From a virus (Duplodnaviria > Heunggongvirae > Uroviricota > Caudoviricetes), in the IMG/VR virus record IMGVR_UViG_651053022_000004, positions 1 through 64,000 of that record: 64,000 nt of DNA; one strand, 5' to 3'. Below the pieces are notes generated by a model. It did not search any database. It was not told the origin of the DNA and saw only the letters and a program-made list of their open reading frames with translations. Shown here piece after piece: positions 51,325 through 61,465 of the stretch; the first letter of the stretch is position 1; every line of letters begins with the position of its first letter. A program made the translations under genes and the position numbers.

Positions 51325-53517
51325 ATGGGAAAAGGTGGCGGTAAGGCACACACGCCTCGTGAGGCGAAGGATAATCTCAAATCCACGCAGATGATGAGCG
51401 TGATTGATGCGATTGGTGAGGGACCGATAGAAGGTCCGGTGAAGGGACTGCAGAGTATTCTGGTGAACAAAACCCCACTGACGGACACGGACGGCAATCC
51501 CGTGATACACGGTGTGACGGCGGTCTGGCGCGCCGGGGAGCAGGAGCAGACACCACCGGAAGGCTTTGAGTCCTCCGGAGCTGAAACCGGACTGGGCGTG
51601 GAAGTGACGAAGGCAAAACCGGTGACGCGCACCATTACGTCCGCGAACATTGACCGCCTGCGGGTTACCTTCGGGGTGCAGTCACTGGTGGAGACCACCT
51701 CAAAGGGTGACCGTAACCCGGCATCCGTCCGCCTGCTGATTCAGTTACAGCGTAACGGTAACTGGGTGACAGAAAAGGACGTCACCATTAACGGCAAGAC
51801 CACCTCACAGTTCCTGGCCTCGGTGATTCTGGATAATCTGCCTCCCCGGCCCTTTAACATCCGGATGGTCAGGGAGACGGCGGACAGCACCACGGACCAG
51901 CTGCAGAATAAGACGCTGTGGTCGTCATACACCGAAATCATCGATGTGAAACAGTGCTACCCGAACACGGCCATTGTGGGGCTGCAGGTGGATGCGGAGC
52001 AGTTCGGCGGCCAGCAGATGACGGTGAACTACCATATCCGCGGTCGCATCATCCAGGTGCCGTCAAACTATGACCCGGAAAAACGCACGTATAGTGGTAT
52101 CTGGGACGGCAGTCTGAAACCGGCATACAGCAACAACCCGGCCTGGTGTCTGTGGGACATGCTGACTCACCCGCGCTACGGCATGGGAAAACGTCTGGGG
52201 GCGGCGGATGTGGACAAGTGGGCGCTGTATGCCATCGGGCAGTACTGCGACCAGACGGTCCCGGATGGTTTCGGGGGGACCGAGCCGCGGATGACCTTTA
52301 ATGCGTACCTGGCACAACAGCGTAAGGCGTGGGACGTTCTCAGTGATTTCTGCTCTGCGATGCGCTGTATGCCGGTATGGAACGGTCAGACGCTGACGTT
52401 CGTTCAGGACCGCCCGTCGGATGTGGTGTGGCCGTACACCAACAGCGATGTGGTGGTGGATGATAACGGCGTGGGATTCCGCTACAGCTTCAGTGCCCTG
52501 AAGGACCGGCACACGGCGGTGGAGGTGAATTACACCGACCCGCAGAACGGCTGGCAGACCTCCACGGAACTGGTGGAAGACCCGGAAGCCATACTGCGCT
52601 ACGGACGCAACCTGCTGAAGATGGACGCGTTCGGCTGTACCAGCCGCGGTCAGGCCCACCGTGCCGGACTGTGGGTGATAAAGACCGAACTGCTGGAAAC
52701 GCAGACGGTGGATTTCACGCTCGGGTCTCAGGGGCTGCGGCACACACCCGGTGACATTATTGAAATCTGTGATAATGACTATGCCGGGACCCTGACCGGC
52801 GGACGTGTCCTGTCCATTGATGCTGCCACCCGCACCCTGACGCTGGACCGTGAGGTTACCCTGCCGGAGACAGGTACATCGGCGGTGAACCTGATTAACG
52901 GCAGCGGTAAGCCGGTGAGTGTGGACATCACCGCACACCCCGCGCCGGACCGGATACAGGTCAGTACCCTGCCTGATGGTGTGGAGACATACGGGGTGTG
53001 GGGACTCTCCCTGCCGTCACTGCGCCGTCGCCTGTTCCGCTGTGTCTCCATCCGGGAAAACACGGACGGCACCTTTGCCATCACGGCGGTGCAGCACGTA
53101 CCGGAAAAAGAAGCCATCGTGGATAACGGTGCCCGCTTTGAGCCGCAGTCAGGTTCCCTGAACAGCGTCATCCCACCGGCAGTGCAGCACCTGACGGTGG
53201 AGGTGAGCGCAGCTGACGGCCAGTATCTGGCGCAGGCGAAATGGGACACGCCGCGGGTGGTGAAGGGTGTGCGCTTCAGTCTGCGCCTGACCAGTGGTAA
53301 GGGAACGGATGCCAGACTGGTGACCACCGCCATCACCGCAGACACGGAGCACCGTTTCAGCGGCCTGCCGCTCGGGGAATACACCCTGACGGTGCGGGCG
53401 ATAAACAGCTATGGCCAGCAGGGTGAACCTGCCACCACCACCTTCCGGATTGCCGCACCGGCAGCACCGTCGCGGATTGAGCTGACGCCGGGCTATTTTC
53501 AGATAACTAAACGATAG
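51325..53517 (+). CDS. J: Host specificity/tail tip protein J, C-terminally truncated
   Basis: 730-aa product colinear with lambda J as I recall it up to …APAAPSRIELTPGYFQIT, then two codons and a stop supplied by repeat R1; the C-terminal third is absent. Confidence 0.85.
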   Translation: MGKGGGKAHTPREAKDNLKSTQMMSVIDAIGEGPIEGPVKGLQSILVNKTPLTDTDGNPVIHGVTAVWRAGEQEQTPPEGFESSGAETGLGVEVTKAKPVTRTITSANIDRLRVTFGVQSLVETTSKGDRNPASVRLLIQLQRNGNWVTEKDVTINGKTTSQFLASVILDNLPPRPFNIRMVRETADSTTDQLQNKTLWSSYTEIIDVKQCYPNTAIVGLQVDAEQFGGQQMTVNYHIRGRIIQVPSNYDPEKRTYSGIWDGSLKPAYSNNPAWCLWDMLTHPRYGMGKRLGAADVDKWALYAIGQYCDQTVPDGFGGTEPRMTFNAYLAQQRKAWDVLSDFCSAMRCMPVWNGQTLTFVQDRPSDVVWPYTNSDVVVDDNGVGFRYSFSALKDRHTAVEVNYTDPQNGWQTSTELVEDPEAILRYGRNLLKMDAFGCTSRGQAHRAGLWVIKTELLETQTVDFTLGSQGLRHTPGDIIEICDNDYAGTLTGGRVLSIDAATRTLTLDREVTLPETGTSAVNLINGSGKPVSVDITAHPAPDRIQVSTLPDGVETYGVWGLSLPSLRRRLFRCVSIRENTDGTFAITAVQHVPEKEAIVDNGARFEPQSGSLNSVIPPAVQHLTVEVSAADGQYLAQAKWDTPRVVKGVRFSLRLTSGKGTDARLVTTAITADTEHRFSGLPLGEYTLTVRAINSYGQQGEPATTTFRIAAPAAPSRIELTPGYFQITKR

Positions 53518-53582
53518 TTAAATGGATTGATGAAAATTAAAACTATATAGGTGGATGCTCAGCCTATCGGAGGTAGTCAGGA
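53508..53582. repeat. Repeat R1, copy B, forming the J truncation junction
   Basis: taaacgatagttaaatggattgatgaaaattaaaacta identical to 13990-14027. Confidence 0.8.
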
Positions 53583-53841
53583 TTTGAATGTCAGTCTGTT
53601 GTCGGCATTCTGGCAATGCAATTTGGATAAAGCGGGGATTAAAAAGATAGAGGCGAGCCGGTCAGGTAGAAATGAATCAGGCTCAAAGTGAAGCGGAAAA
53701 GGTCTGTGGCACAAGCTGATGCAGCCATAATTACAGCCTGATGATTTGTGGAATGAAACATGTTGAACCTCCTTAATTGATGTTATTCGAGTGATGAAGG
53801 CATTCTGTCCTTCTATAGTGTCCAGTAAATCAAACAGGAAA

Positions 53842-53863
53842 CTTGTCCAACGTGTTGGACAAG
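53842..53863. promoter_or_regulatory. Perfect 10-bp inverted repeat cttgtccaac-gt-gttggacaag (candidate protein-binding site)
   Basis: Palindrome in the noncoding junction between truncated J and the HNH gene. Confidence 0.35.
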
Positions 53864-53983
53864 CCTCTCCATTAGTGAGTTGTATTGATCACAACTCTAC
53901 AAAGAATTCATTACTGGGTAGATGAAAATAGTTTCACTATGAATGGAGGAGGCTATGTCGGTGGCTTCTTCATTGGAGTACAT

Positions 53984-54334
53984 ATGCCCCCACGAATCCC
54001 ACGCGCCTGCCGTAAGCGTGGATGTGCAGGTACAACCACAGACAGTTCTGGTTACTGCGATAAACATCGTGGCGAAGGATGGGTACAGCATCAACGCGGA
54101 CTGAGCCGCCACCAGCGTGGCTATGGCTCGAAATGGGATGCCATACGTGCGCGCATACTGAAGCGTGATAATCATCTGTGTCAGAACTGCCTGCGCAATG
54201 GGAGAGCCGTTGAAGCCAGAACTGTGGACCACATCATTCCGAAAGCTCATGGTGGCACGGATGCAGACAGTAACCTGCAGAGTCTGTGCTGGCCCTGTCA
54301 TAAAGCAAAAACAGCGCGCGAACGCATCAATTGA
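53984..54334 (+). CDS. HNH endonuclease (start at internal ATG) upstream of terS
   Basis: Product MPPRIPRACRKRGCAGTTTDSSGYCDKHRGEG... with …DHIIPKAHGG…N…CWPCH… motif arrangement. Confidence 0.8.
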   Translation: MPPRIPRACRKRGCAGTTTDSSGYCDKHRGEGWVQHQRGLSRHQRGYGSKWDAIRARILKRDNHLCQNCLRNGRAVEARTVDHIIPKAHGGTDADSNLQSLCWPCHKAKTARERIN

Positions 54335-54481
54335 TAACAGTTCCCATCTGTAGGGGAGGGGCAGGCCAAATCTCTGCAACCCTGGCTGCTCAGTACCGCC
54401 GCCTGACCTTTCCTCGCATCGCCGCAGGTTCGAAAACTTTTTTTTGGAATGTGATTAAATGATTGATAGGTAAAACCGATT

Positions 54482-54964
54482 ATGTCTGGACCCCCGAAAA
54501 CCCCGCCACGCCTGCATTTGATACGAGGCAACCCCTCAAAGCGGCCAGTTAAAGACCTCAAAAAAACCGCTAAAAAGGATGAAAAAGGTCTCCCTAAAAT
54601 TCCGCAACATTTAGGGGCGCAGGGGAAGTACTGGTTCAGGCGAATGGCGGAAGAGCTGAATGCGGAAGGGATCATTTCTCAGCTTGATGCGCGTGCGCTT
54701 GAGCTACTGGTGGAAGCCTATACCGAATACCGGCATCACTGCGAAACACTCGATGTTGAGGGGTACACCTACCGCTCGAAAACGCAGAACGGTGATGTGC
54801 TGATTAAGGCACACCCGGCTGCTGCGATGAAAGCGGATGCCTGGAAGCGGATCCGGGCGATGCTTGCAGAATTTGGTATGTCACCGGCAAGCCGGGCAAA
54901 AGTAAATACCGCCGGACCGGATAATGTTGATCCGCTGGCAGAGCTTTTAAAAGCGAGAGACTGA
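54482..54964 (+). CDS. Terminase small subunit (P27-like)
   Basis: 160-aa ORF directly upstream of and abutting the large terminase gene. Confidence 0.75.
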   Translation: MSGPPKTPPRLHLIRGNPSKRPVKDLKKTAKKDEKGLPKIPQHLGAQGKYWFRRMAEELNAEGIISQLDARALELLVEAYTEYRHHCETLDVEGYTYRSKTQNGDVLIKAHPAAAMKADAWKRIRAMLAEFGMSPASRAKVNTAGPDNVDPLAELLKARD

Positions 54965-56721
54965 TGGCAAAAGTGGCTGACGGGATCCGCTACGCCGAAC
55001 GTGTTGTTGCAGGAGAAATTGTTGCTGGCGAATTTGTCCGCCTGGCCTGCCAGCGTTTTCTTGATGATCTGAAGTACGGCGAAAAGCGGGGGATTTATTT
55101 CAGTGAACCCCGTGCGCAGCACATCCTGAATTTCTACAAATTTGTGCCTCATGTAAAAGGGGCACTGGCAGGCCAGCCCATTGAGTTGATGGACTGGCAT
55201 GTATTTATCCTCATTAATATTTTTGGTTTTGTCATTCCGCTGGTCAATGAAGAAACCGGGGAAGTTGTCATGCGCAGCGATGGCAGCGGACGTCCGGTGA
55301 TGGTGCGCCGGTTCCGGACGGCGTACAACGAAGTCGCCCGTAAAAACGCAAAATCAACCCTGTCATCGGGTATCGGCCTGTATATGACGGGGGCAGATAG
55401 TGAAGGCGGAGCTGAGGTGTATTCAGCCGCAACCACGCGTGACCAGGCCAGAATCGTGTTTGAAGACGCCAAAAATATGGTCAGAAAAGCCCGGTCGACA
55501 CTCGGGCGGTTGTTTGATTTCAACAAGCTGGCGATTTACCAGGAGCAGAGCGCATCAAAATTTGAACCGCTTTCCTCGGATGCAAACAACCTGGACGGTC
55601 TGAACATCCACTGCGCCATTATTGATGAGCTGCATGCACATAAAACCCGCGACGTGTGGGACGTTCTGGAAACGGCAACCGGTGCCCGTCTGCAGTCCCT
55701 GTTATTTGGTATCACCACGGCTGGCTTTAACAAGGAAGGGATTTGTTACGAGCAGCGTGATTACGCCATCAAGGTATTGCGAGGCTATAACAGCGACGTG
55801 GAGGGCGCTGTAAAAGACGACTCTTACTTTGCGATCATTTACACGCTTGATGAGGGAGATGATCCGTTTGATGAAACGGTCTGGCAGAAAGCGAATCCTG
55901 GCCTGGGCATCTGTAAACGCTGGGATGATCTGCGTCGTCTGGCGAAAAAAGCGAAGGAGCAGGTCTCTGCGCGGGTGAATTTTTTTACCAAACACATGAA
56001 TGTGTGGGTCACTGCCGAATCTGCCTGGATGGATATGATTAAGTGGGAGAAGTGCGAATACATTGCTCCACAACATGAGCTGAAAACATATCCCATGTGG
56101 GTCGGCGTCGACCTTGCTCATAAGATTGATATCTGTGCGGCGGCAAAACTCTGGCGAACCGATAACGGACATGTTCATGCTGATTTTAAATTCTGGCTTC
56201 CGGAAGGACGGCTGGAACGATGCTCGCGGCAGCAGGCAGAACTTTACCGGAAGTGGGCGGAGATGGATAAGCTCATCCTGACGGATGGTGATGTTATCGA
56301 TCATGCTCAGATAAAAAGTGACTTACTGGAATGGATTGGCGGTGAAAACCTCAGGGAACTGGGATTTGACCCGTGGAGCGCAATGCAGTTCAGTCTGGCA
56401 CTGGCTGAAGAAGGGATACCGCTGGTGGAGGTTCCGCAGACGGTCCGCAATCTGTCAGAGGCCATGAAGGAAACGGAATCACTGGTTTATGCCGGGCGTT
56501 TCCATCACAGCAATCATCCGGTCATGAACTGGATGATGTCTAACGTTACTGTAAAACCGGACAAAAACGACAACATCTTCCCGAATAAATCCACGCCGGA
56601 AGCCAAAATCGACGGCCCTGTTGCGCTTTTTACAGCCATGAGCCGCTTTCTGGTAAATGGCGGGGGCGTGAATGACTTTCTGTCCACGCTTGATCCTGAT
56701 GAGGACCTGTTAATTCTGTGA
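54964..56721 (+). CDS. Terminase large subunit
   Basis: 585 aa; Walker-A-like VARKNAKST; followed by the portal gene. Confidence 0.85.
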   Translation: MAKVADGIRYAERVVAGEIVAGEFVRLACQRFLDDLKYGEKRGIYFSEPRAQHILNFYKFVPHVKGALAGQPIELMDWHVFILINIFGFVIPLVNEETGEVVMRSDGSGRPVMVRRFRTAYNEVARKNAKSTLSSGIGLYMTGADSEGGAEVYSAATTRDQARIVFEDAKNMVRKARSTLGRLFDFNKLAIYQEQSASKFEPLSSDANNLDGLNIHCAIIDELHAHKTRDVWDVLETATGARLQSLLFGITTAGFNKEGICYEQRDYAIKVLRGYNSDVEGAVKDDSYFAIIYTLDEGDDPFDETVWQKANPGLGICKRWDDLRRLAKKAKEQVSARVNFFTKHMNVWVTAESAWMDMIKWEKCEYIAPQHELKTYPMWVGVDLAHKIDICAAAKLWRTDNGHVHADFKFWLPEGRLERCSRQQAELYRKWAEMDKLILTDGDVIDHAQIKSDLLEWIGGENLRELGFDPWSAMQFSLALAEEGIPLVEVPQTVRNLSEAMKETESLVYAGRFHHSNHPVMNWMMSNVTVKPDKNDNIFPNKSTPEAKIDGPVALFTAMSRFLVNGGGVNDFLSTLDPDEDLLIL

Positions 56722-56879
56722 AACAGCTTATTACTGATATGACCGGGCTGATCGGTTTCGGTCTGCTCACTGCTGGCGTTTATCTGTATGCAGGTCTGCC
56801 AGCGTCTCTGATGCTGTCTGGCTGTTTGTTGCTGCTTTATGCACTGGTGGTGTCCATGAGGAGAAAACATGCTTCTTGA
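56718..56879 (+). CDS. Small membrane protein (tentative)
   Basis: 53-codon ORF (GTG start) VKQLITDMTGLIGFGLLTAGVYLYAGLPASLMLSGCLLLLYALVVSMRRKHAS between terL and portal. Confidence 0.25.
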   Translation: MKQLITDMTGLIGFGLLTAGVYLYAGLPASLMLSGCLLLLYALVVSMRRKHAS

Positions 56880-58095
56880 TGCTCTGTTTCGCAGTGAGCC
56901 TCTGGAAAATCCCTCGGTTCCGGTAACCGGAGAGGCCGCAGAGACGGATAATATTTTTGCCCGGGATGTGTATGTCAGTCCGGAAACGTCCATGAGGCTG
57001 GCTGCTGTCTATGCCTGTATTTATGTTATTTCATCCAGTGTGGCTCAGATGCCCCTGCATGTGATGCGAAAAACGAATGAGCATGTTCAGCCGGCACGCG
57101 ATCACCCGTTGTTCTGGCTCGTTCATGATGAACCGAATGCCTGGCAGACCAGCTATAAGTGGCGGGAACTGAAGCAGCGTCATGTGCTGGGGTGGGGCAA
57201 TGGTTATACGTGGGTGAAACGTAATCGTCGTGGCGAGGTTACCAGTCTTGAATGCTGTATGCCATGGGAAACCACGTTACTTAACACCGGAGGGCGTCAT
57301 ACCTACGGTGTGTATAACGAAGAGGGTGCATTTGCGGTAAGTCCGGACGACATGATCCATATCAGGGCGCTGGGAAACAATCAGAAAATGGGACTGAGTC
57401 CGATCATGCAGCATGCTGAAACCATTGGTATGGGAATGAGTGGTCAGCAGTATACCAGTGCTTTTTTTAACGGTAATGCCCGTCCTGCCGGGATTATTTC
57501 TGTGAAAAATGAACTGAACGAACAGAGTTGGAGCAGGCTCAAGAATATGTGGCAGCGGGCGGTGACAGCGCTTCGCAGCCAGGAAAATAAAACCATGTTG
57601 CTGCCTGCGCAACTGGATTACCGCGCTCTGACAGTTTCTCCGGTGGATGCTCAGATCATTGATATGACCAAGCTGAACCGGTCGATGATTGCCGGGATTT
57701 TTAATGTCCCGGCGCACATGATTAATGACCTGGAAAAAGCCACATTTTCGAATATTACGCAGCAGGCGATTCAGTTTGTTCGCTACACGATGATGCCCTG
57801 GGTTGCGAACTGGGAGCAGGAGCTTAACCGTCGCCTGTTTACCCGTACAGAACGGGCTGCCGGGTATTACGTTCGTTTCAACCTCACGGGGTTGCTCCGT
57901 GGGACCCCACAGGAGCGTGCGCAGTTCTATCACTTTGCCATTACAGATGGCTGGATGAGTCGGAATGAAGCCAGGGCATTTGAGGATATGAACCCGGTTG
58001 ACGGTCTGGATGAAATGCTGGTCAGCGTAAATGCAGCAAATCCGTTGAATAACTTTAAAGATACGAAAGGCAAAGAGGAAAAGAACGATGAATGA
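56869..58095 (+). CDS. Portal protein (HK97-type)
   Basis: 408 aa; position after terL and before the prohead protease. Confidence 0.85.
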   Translation: MLLDALFRSEPLENPSVPVTGEAAETDNIFARDVYVSPETSMRLAAVYACIYVISSSVAQMPLHVMRKTNEHVQPARDHPLFWLVHDEPNAWQTSYKWRELKQRHVLGWGNGYTWVKRNRRGEVTSLECCMPWETTLLNTGGRHTYGVYNEEGAFAVSPDDMIHIRALGNNQKMGLSPIMQHAETIGMGMSGQQYTSAFFNGNARPAGIISVKNELNEQSWSRLKNMWQRAVTALRSQENKTMLLPAQLDYRALTVSPVDAQIIDMTKLNRSMIAGIFNVPAHMINDLEKATFSNITQQAIQFVRYTMMPWVANWEQELNRRLFTRTERAAGYYVRFNLTGLLRGTPQERAQFYHFAITDGWMSRNEARAFEDMNPVDGLDEMLVSVNAANPLNNFKDTKGKEEKNDE

Positions 58096-58687
58096 CCGTG
58101 AAACGCGCTGTTACAGCGGGGAGGTGCGGGCGGAACAATATGATAATGCCCCGACCCACATTCTGGGCTATGGCTCGGTATTTAACAGTCGTTCAGAACC
58201 TCTGTGGGGATTTCGTGAAATCATCAAGCCGGGGGCTTTTGATGATGTACTGAATGATGATGTACGTGGCTTGTTTAATCATGATCCTAATTTCATTCTC
58301 GGACGAAGTTCTGCCGGCACGTTGTCATTGTCGGTGGATGAACGCGGTTTACGTTATGACATTGTTGCACCGGATACTCCGACTATTTGTGACCTGGTGC
58401 TATCTCCAATGTTGCGTGGTGACATTAATCAGTCCTCGTTCGCGTTTCGTGTCGCCCGTGACGGAGAGAGCTGGTATGAAGACGACGAGGGGATTGTTAT
58501 CCGGGAAATCACGCGCATTTCTCGTCTGTATGACGTCAGCCCGGTGACATATCCGGCCTATCAGGACGCAGACTCTGGTGTCCGCTCAATGAAAGCCTGG
58601 CAGGAAGCGCGGGCGAGTGGTGCGCTGAAGAAAGCTGTTAACGAACGAATGGCGCGTGAGCGTCTTTTGACCCTTCTTAATGCATAA
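58088..58687 (+). CDS. Prohead protease (HK97-type)
   Basis: 199 aa between portal and capsid genes; similar to the N-terminal domain of the fusion ORF at 37811. Confidence 0.8.
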   Translation: MNDRETRCYSGEVRAEQYDNAPTHILGYGSVFNSRSEPLWGFREIIKPGAFDDVLNDDVRGLFNHDPNFILGRSSAGTLSLSVDERGLRYDIVAPDTPTICDLVLSPMLRGDINQSSFAFRVARDGESWYEDDEGIVIREITRISRLYDVSPVTYPAYQDADSGVRSMKAWQEARASGALKKAVNERMARERLLTLLNA

Positions 58688-58701
58688 GGATACTACTGAC
58701 G

Positions 58702-59919
58702 ATGAAACTTCATGAGATGAAGCAAAAACGAAACACCATTGCAAAGGATATGCGTGCACTGCATGAAAAAATTGGTGATAACGCATGGACTGATGAGCAA
58801 CGGGCAGAGTGGAACAGGGCGAAAGCTGAGCTGGATGCGCTGGATGAGCAAATCGCCCGTGAAGAAGAGTTGCGCCGTCAGGATCAGGCATATGTGGATG
58901 AGTCCGGGCCGGAAGAGCGCCAGAATAATGAGGCGGAGAACGGGAAAAAGGCGGTGGAAGAGAAGCGCGCTGCGGCATTTAACCGTTTTCTGCGTGCCGG
59001 ATTTGCAGAACTGAATGCTGAAGAGCGTAATCTGATGCGTGAACTGCGGGCTCAGAGTGTAACAACGGATTCTCAGGGCGGATATACGGTGCCCACGCAG
59101 ATGCGTAACAAAATCATTGACACCATGAAGGCTTATGGCGGGATTGCCAGTGTGGCGCAACTTCTGACCACATCAACCGGGCAGGATATCACCTGGTCAA
59201 CGTCTGATGGCACGACTGAAGAGGGCGAACTGCTGGCGGAAAATACAGCCGCAACGGAACAGGATGTGACGTTCGGGACCGCTATTCTGGGGGCTAAAAA
59301 GCTGTCATCAAAAATAATTCGTGTGTCCAATGAGCTGCTCCAGGACAGTGGGGTGGATATTGAATCTTATCTGGCAAACCGTATTGCCCAGCGTATTGGT
59401 CGTGGAGAGGCAAAATATCTGGTTCAGGGGACCGGAACGGGATCACCGTTACAGCCAAAAGGGCTGGCAGCGTCGGTGACGGGAACCATCCAGACTGTAG
59501 CCTCTGCCGCTTTCACCTGGAAAGAAATGAATGCCCTGAAACATGCCATTGATCCGGCATATCGTGGTGGGCCGAAATACCGCTGGGCATTCAATGATGC
59601 CACATTGCAGACTATTGAAGAGATGGAGGATGGACAGAAACGCCCGTTATGGCTGCCGGATATTGCAGGCGGTACGCCGGCTACTGTGCTGGGGATCCCT
59701 TATGTTATTGATCAGGCTATTGACGGGATTGGTACCGGAAAAAAATTCATTTTCCTGGGGGATTTCAACCGCTTTATCATTCGCCGCGTTACTTATATGG
59801 AACTGAAACGTCTGGTTGAGCGTTATGCTGAGTTTGATCAGGTGGCATTTCTGGCTTTCCATCGTTTTGACTGTGTGCTGGAAGATGTGGCAGCCATCAA
59901 GGCGCTCACTGGCAAATAA
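58702..59919 (+). CDS. Major capsid protein (HK97-fold) with N-terminal scaffold-like delta domain
   Basis: 405 aa; coiled-coil N-terminus (…RAEWNRAKAELDALDEQIAREEELRRQ…), position after protease. Confidence 0.85.
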   Translation: MKLHEMKQKRNTIAKDMRALHEKIGDNAWTDEQRAEWNRAKAELDALDEQIAREEELRRQDQAYVDESGPEERQNNEAENGKKAVEEKRAAAFNRFLRAGFAELNAEERNLMRELRAQSVTTDSQGGYTVPTQMRNKIIDTMKAYGGIASVAQLLTTSTGQDITWSTSDGTTEEGELLAENTAATEQDVTFGTAILGAKKLSSKIIRVSNELLQDSGVDIESYLANRIAQRIGRGEAKYLVQGTGTGSPLQPKGLAASVTGTIQTVASAAFTWKEMNALKHAIDPAYRGGPKYRWAFNDATLQTIEEMEDGQKRPLWLPDIAGGTPATVLGIPYVIDQAIDGIGTGKKFIFLGDFNRFIIRRVTYMELKRLVERYAEFDQVAFLAFHRFDCVLEDVAAIKALTGK

Positions 59920-59941
59920 CCACTCGTTGTTCAGTTACAGA

Positions 59942-59963
59942 CCGCGCCGACGCGGTTTTTTTA
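59942..59963 (+). terminator. Terminator/attenuator downstream of the capsid gene
   Basis: Hairpin ccgcgccgacgcgg followed by a T-run. Confidence 0.5.
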
Positions 59964-59995
59964 TGCCCGCACAGTGTTGCGGGCAGGAGTTTCTG

Positions 59996-60313
59996 ATGGC
60001 AGCAATAGTGGAAAAACTCAGGGCGCAGTGCCGTATTGATACAGATGATGCAACTGATGATGAGTTACTGATGCTGTATTTCCGGGCTGCCTGCCGCAAG
60101 GCAGAAAATTTTATCAACCGTAAGCTTTATGAGGAGACGGTGCCGGAAGGTGATCCTGAAGGGGTGCTTATAGCTGATGATGTTTTGCTGGCGCTCATGT
60201 TGCTGGTCGGGCACTGGTACGAAAACCGGGAAAATTCCTCAGATGTCAGCAAGGCACCAGTCCCGTTTGGTTTTTCTTCTCTGCTGGAGCCTTATCGTTT
60301 TATTCCTTTGTAG
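59996..60313 (+). CDS. Head-tail connector (gp6-like), start at internal ATG
   Basis: 105-aa product MAAIVEKLRAQCRIDTDDATDDELLMLYF...; caggag motif upstream. Confidence 0.6.
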   Translation: MAAIVEKLRAQCRIDTDDATDDELLMLYFRAACRKAENFINRKLYEETVPEGDPEGVLIADDVLLALMLLVGHWYENRENSSDVSKAPVPFGFSSLLEPYRFIPL

Positions 60314-60321
60314 GAGGAGAC

Positions 60322-60660
60322 ATGCAGGCGGGCAGATTACGTGATCGCGTAATTATTCTGAATGTCACCACCGCCCGCTCTCCGTCAGGGCATCCGGTGG
60401 AGACGGTGACGGAGGGAGCTACCGTATGGGCAGAAGTTAAGGGTATCAGCGGGAGGGAGATAATCTCAGGCGGAGCAGAAACCGCTCAGGCTACGGTCAG
60501 AGTCTGGATGAGATTCCGGCGCGATGTGACAGCGACTTCACGTCTGAAAGTGCTGACCGGTGCATTTAAAGGGGCCATTCTGGGTATAGAAGGTCCACCA
60601 ATACCGGATGCACGCGCTACCCGGCTTGAAATACTCTGCAGCCTGAAGGGGAATGTGTGA
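60322..60660 (+). CDS. Head closure / head-tail adaptor protein
   Basis: 112 aa; paralogue of 42717-43067. Confidence 0.6.
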   Translation: MQAGRLRDRVIILNVTTARSPSGHPVETVTEGATVWAEVKGISGREIISGGAETAQATVRVWMRFRRDVTATSRLKVLTGAFKGAILGIEGPPIPDARATRLEILCSLKGNV

Positions 60661-61106
60661 TGGATTTCAGTCTTGATTTTTCCGGCCTGGCGGATATTGC
60701 ACGGGATTTGGAGACGCTCAGCAGGGCAGAAAACAATAAGGTTCTGCGCGATGCCACCCGTGCCGGTGCTGAAGTTATGCGGGATGCAGTTGTTGAACGT
60801 GCGCCGGAGCGAACCGGGAAACTGAAGAAAAATGTGGTTGTTCTCACTCAGCGTTCAAAGCGTCGGGGGGAAATTATCTCGGGTGTCCACATTCGCGGAC
60901 GGAACCTGCGAACCGGAAACAGTGATAACAGCATGAAAGCCAGCGATCCCCGAAATGCATTTTACTGGCGCTTTGTGGAGCTGGGAACGATAAACATGCC
61001 CGCGCATCCATTCATTCGCCCGGCTTTCGATACGACAGAGGAACTGGCAGCACGGATTGCCATACAGCGAATGAATCAGGCTATTGATGAGGTCTTAAGT
61101 AAATGA
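60657..61106 (+). CDS. Tail-neck component (HK97 gp10-like)
   Basis: 149 aa; paralogue of 43064-43510. Confidence 0.55.
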   Translation: MMDFSLDFSGLADIARDLETLSRAENNKVLRDATRAGAEVMRDAVVERAPERTGKLKKNVVVLTQRSKRRGEIISGVHIRGRNLRTGNSDNSMKASDPRNAFYWRFVELGTINMPAHPFIRPAFDTTEELAARIAIQRMNQAIDEVLSK

Positions 61107-61447
61107 GAGAGGCCACACTGTATTCCCTGTTGTCTCAGCTGGCCGGAGGACAGGTTTATCCTTATGTGGTCCCACTGACGGAGGGAAAGCCTGCGGTATC
61201 TCCGCCGTGGCTGGTGTTTTCTGTGGTGTCTGACACGGCATCTGATGTGCTTGATGGGCAGGCTGAATCCAGAATTACCGTGCAGATCGATGTCTGGGCG
61301 ACAGTACCTGATGACGCAGATAATATTCGTGAGCAGGCGCTTGATGCGGTAAGAAAACTGGCACCCTCCGTTATTTCTAAAACGCAGGGTTATGATCCTG
61401 ACTCCCGTCTGAGCAGAGCCACGCTTGAATTTCAGGTAATAGCCTGA
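61103..61447 (+). CDS. Tail completion protein (gp11-like)
   Basis: 114 aa; paralogue of 43507-43851. Confidence 0.55.
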   Translation: MREATLYSLLSQLAGGQVYPYVVPLTEGKPAVSPPWLVFSVVSDTASDVLDGQAESRITVQIDVWATVPDDADNIREQALDAVRKLAPSVISKTQGYDPDSRLSRATLEFQVIA

Positions 61448-61465
61448 GGTCATTAATGATTTTAC

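Larger units (their letters stand above)
35251..53517. mobile_element. Second head-tail morphogenesis module (terS through truncated J)
   Basis: Terminase small/large, protease-capsid fusion, portal, connector and tail genes in one orientation; lambda-like M, L, K, I, J at the 3' end. Confidence 0.75.

Noticed and set aside
51111-51344. 77-aa plus-strand ORF in the I-J intergenic insert
   Set aside because: It reads straight through the 10-bp-stem terminator hairpin and overlaps the J start, so it is probably not a real gene.
53897-54379. 160-aa minus-strand ORF
   Set aside because: It is antisense to the well-supported HNH endonuclease gene.
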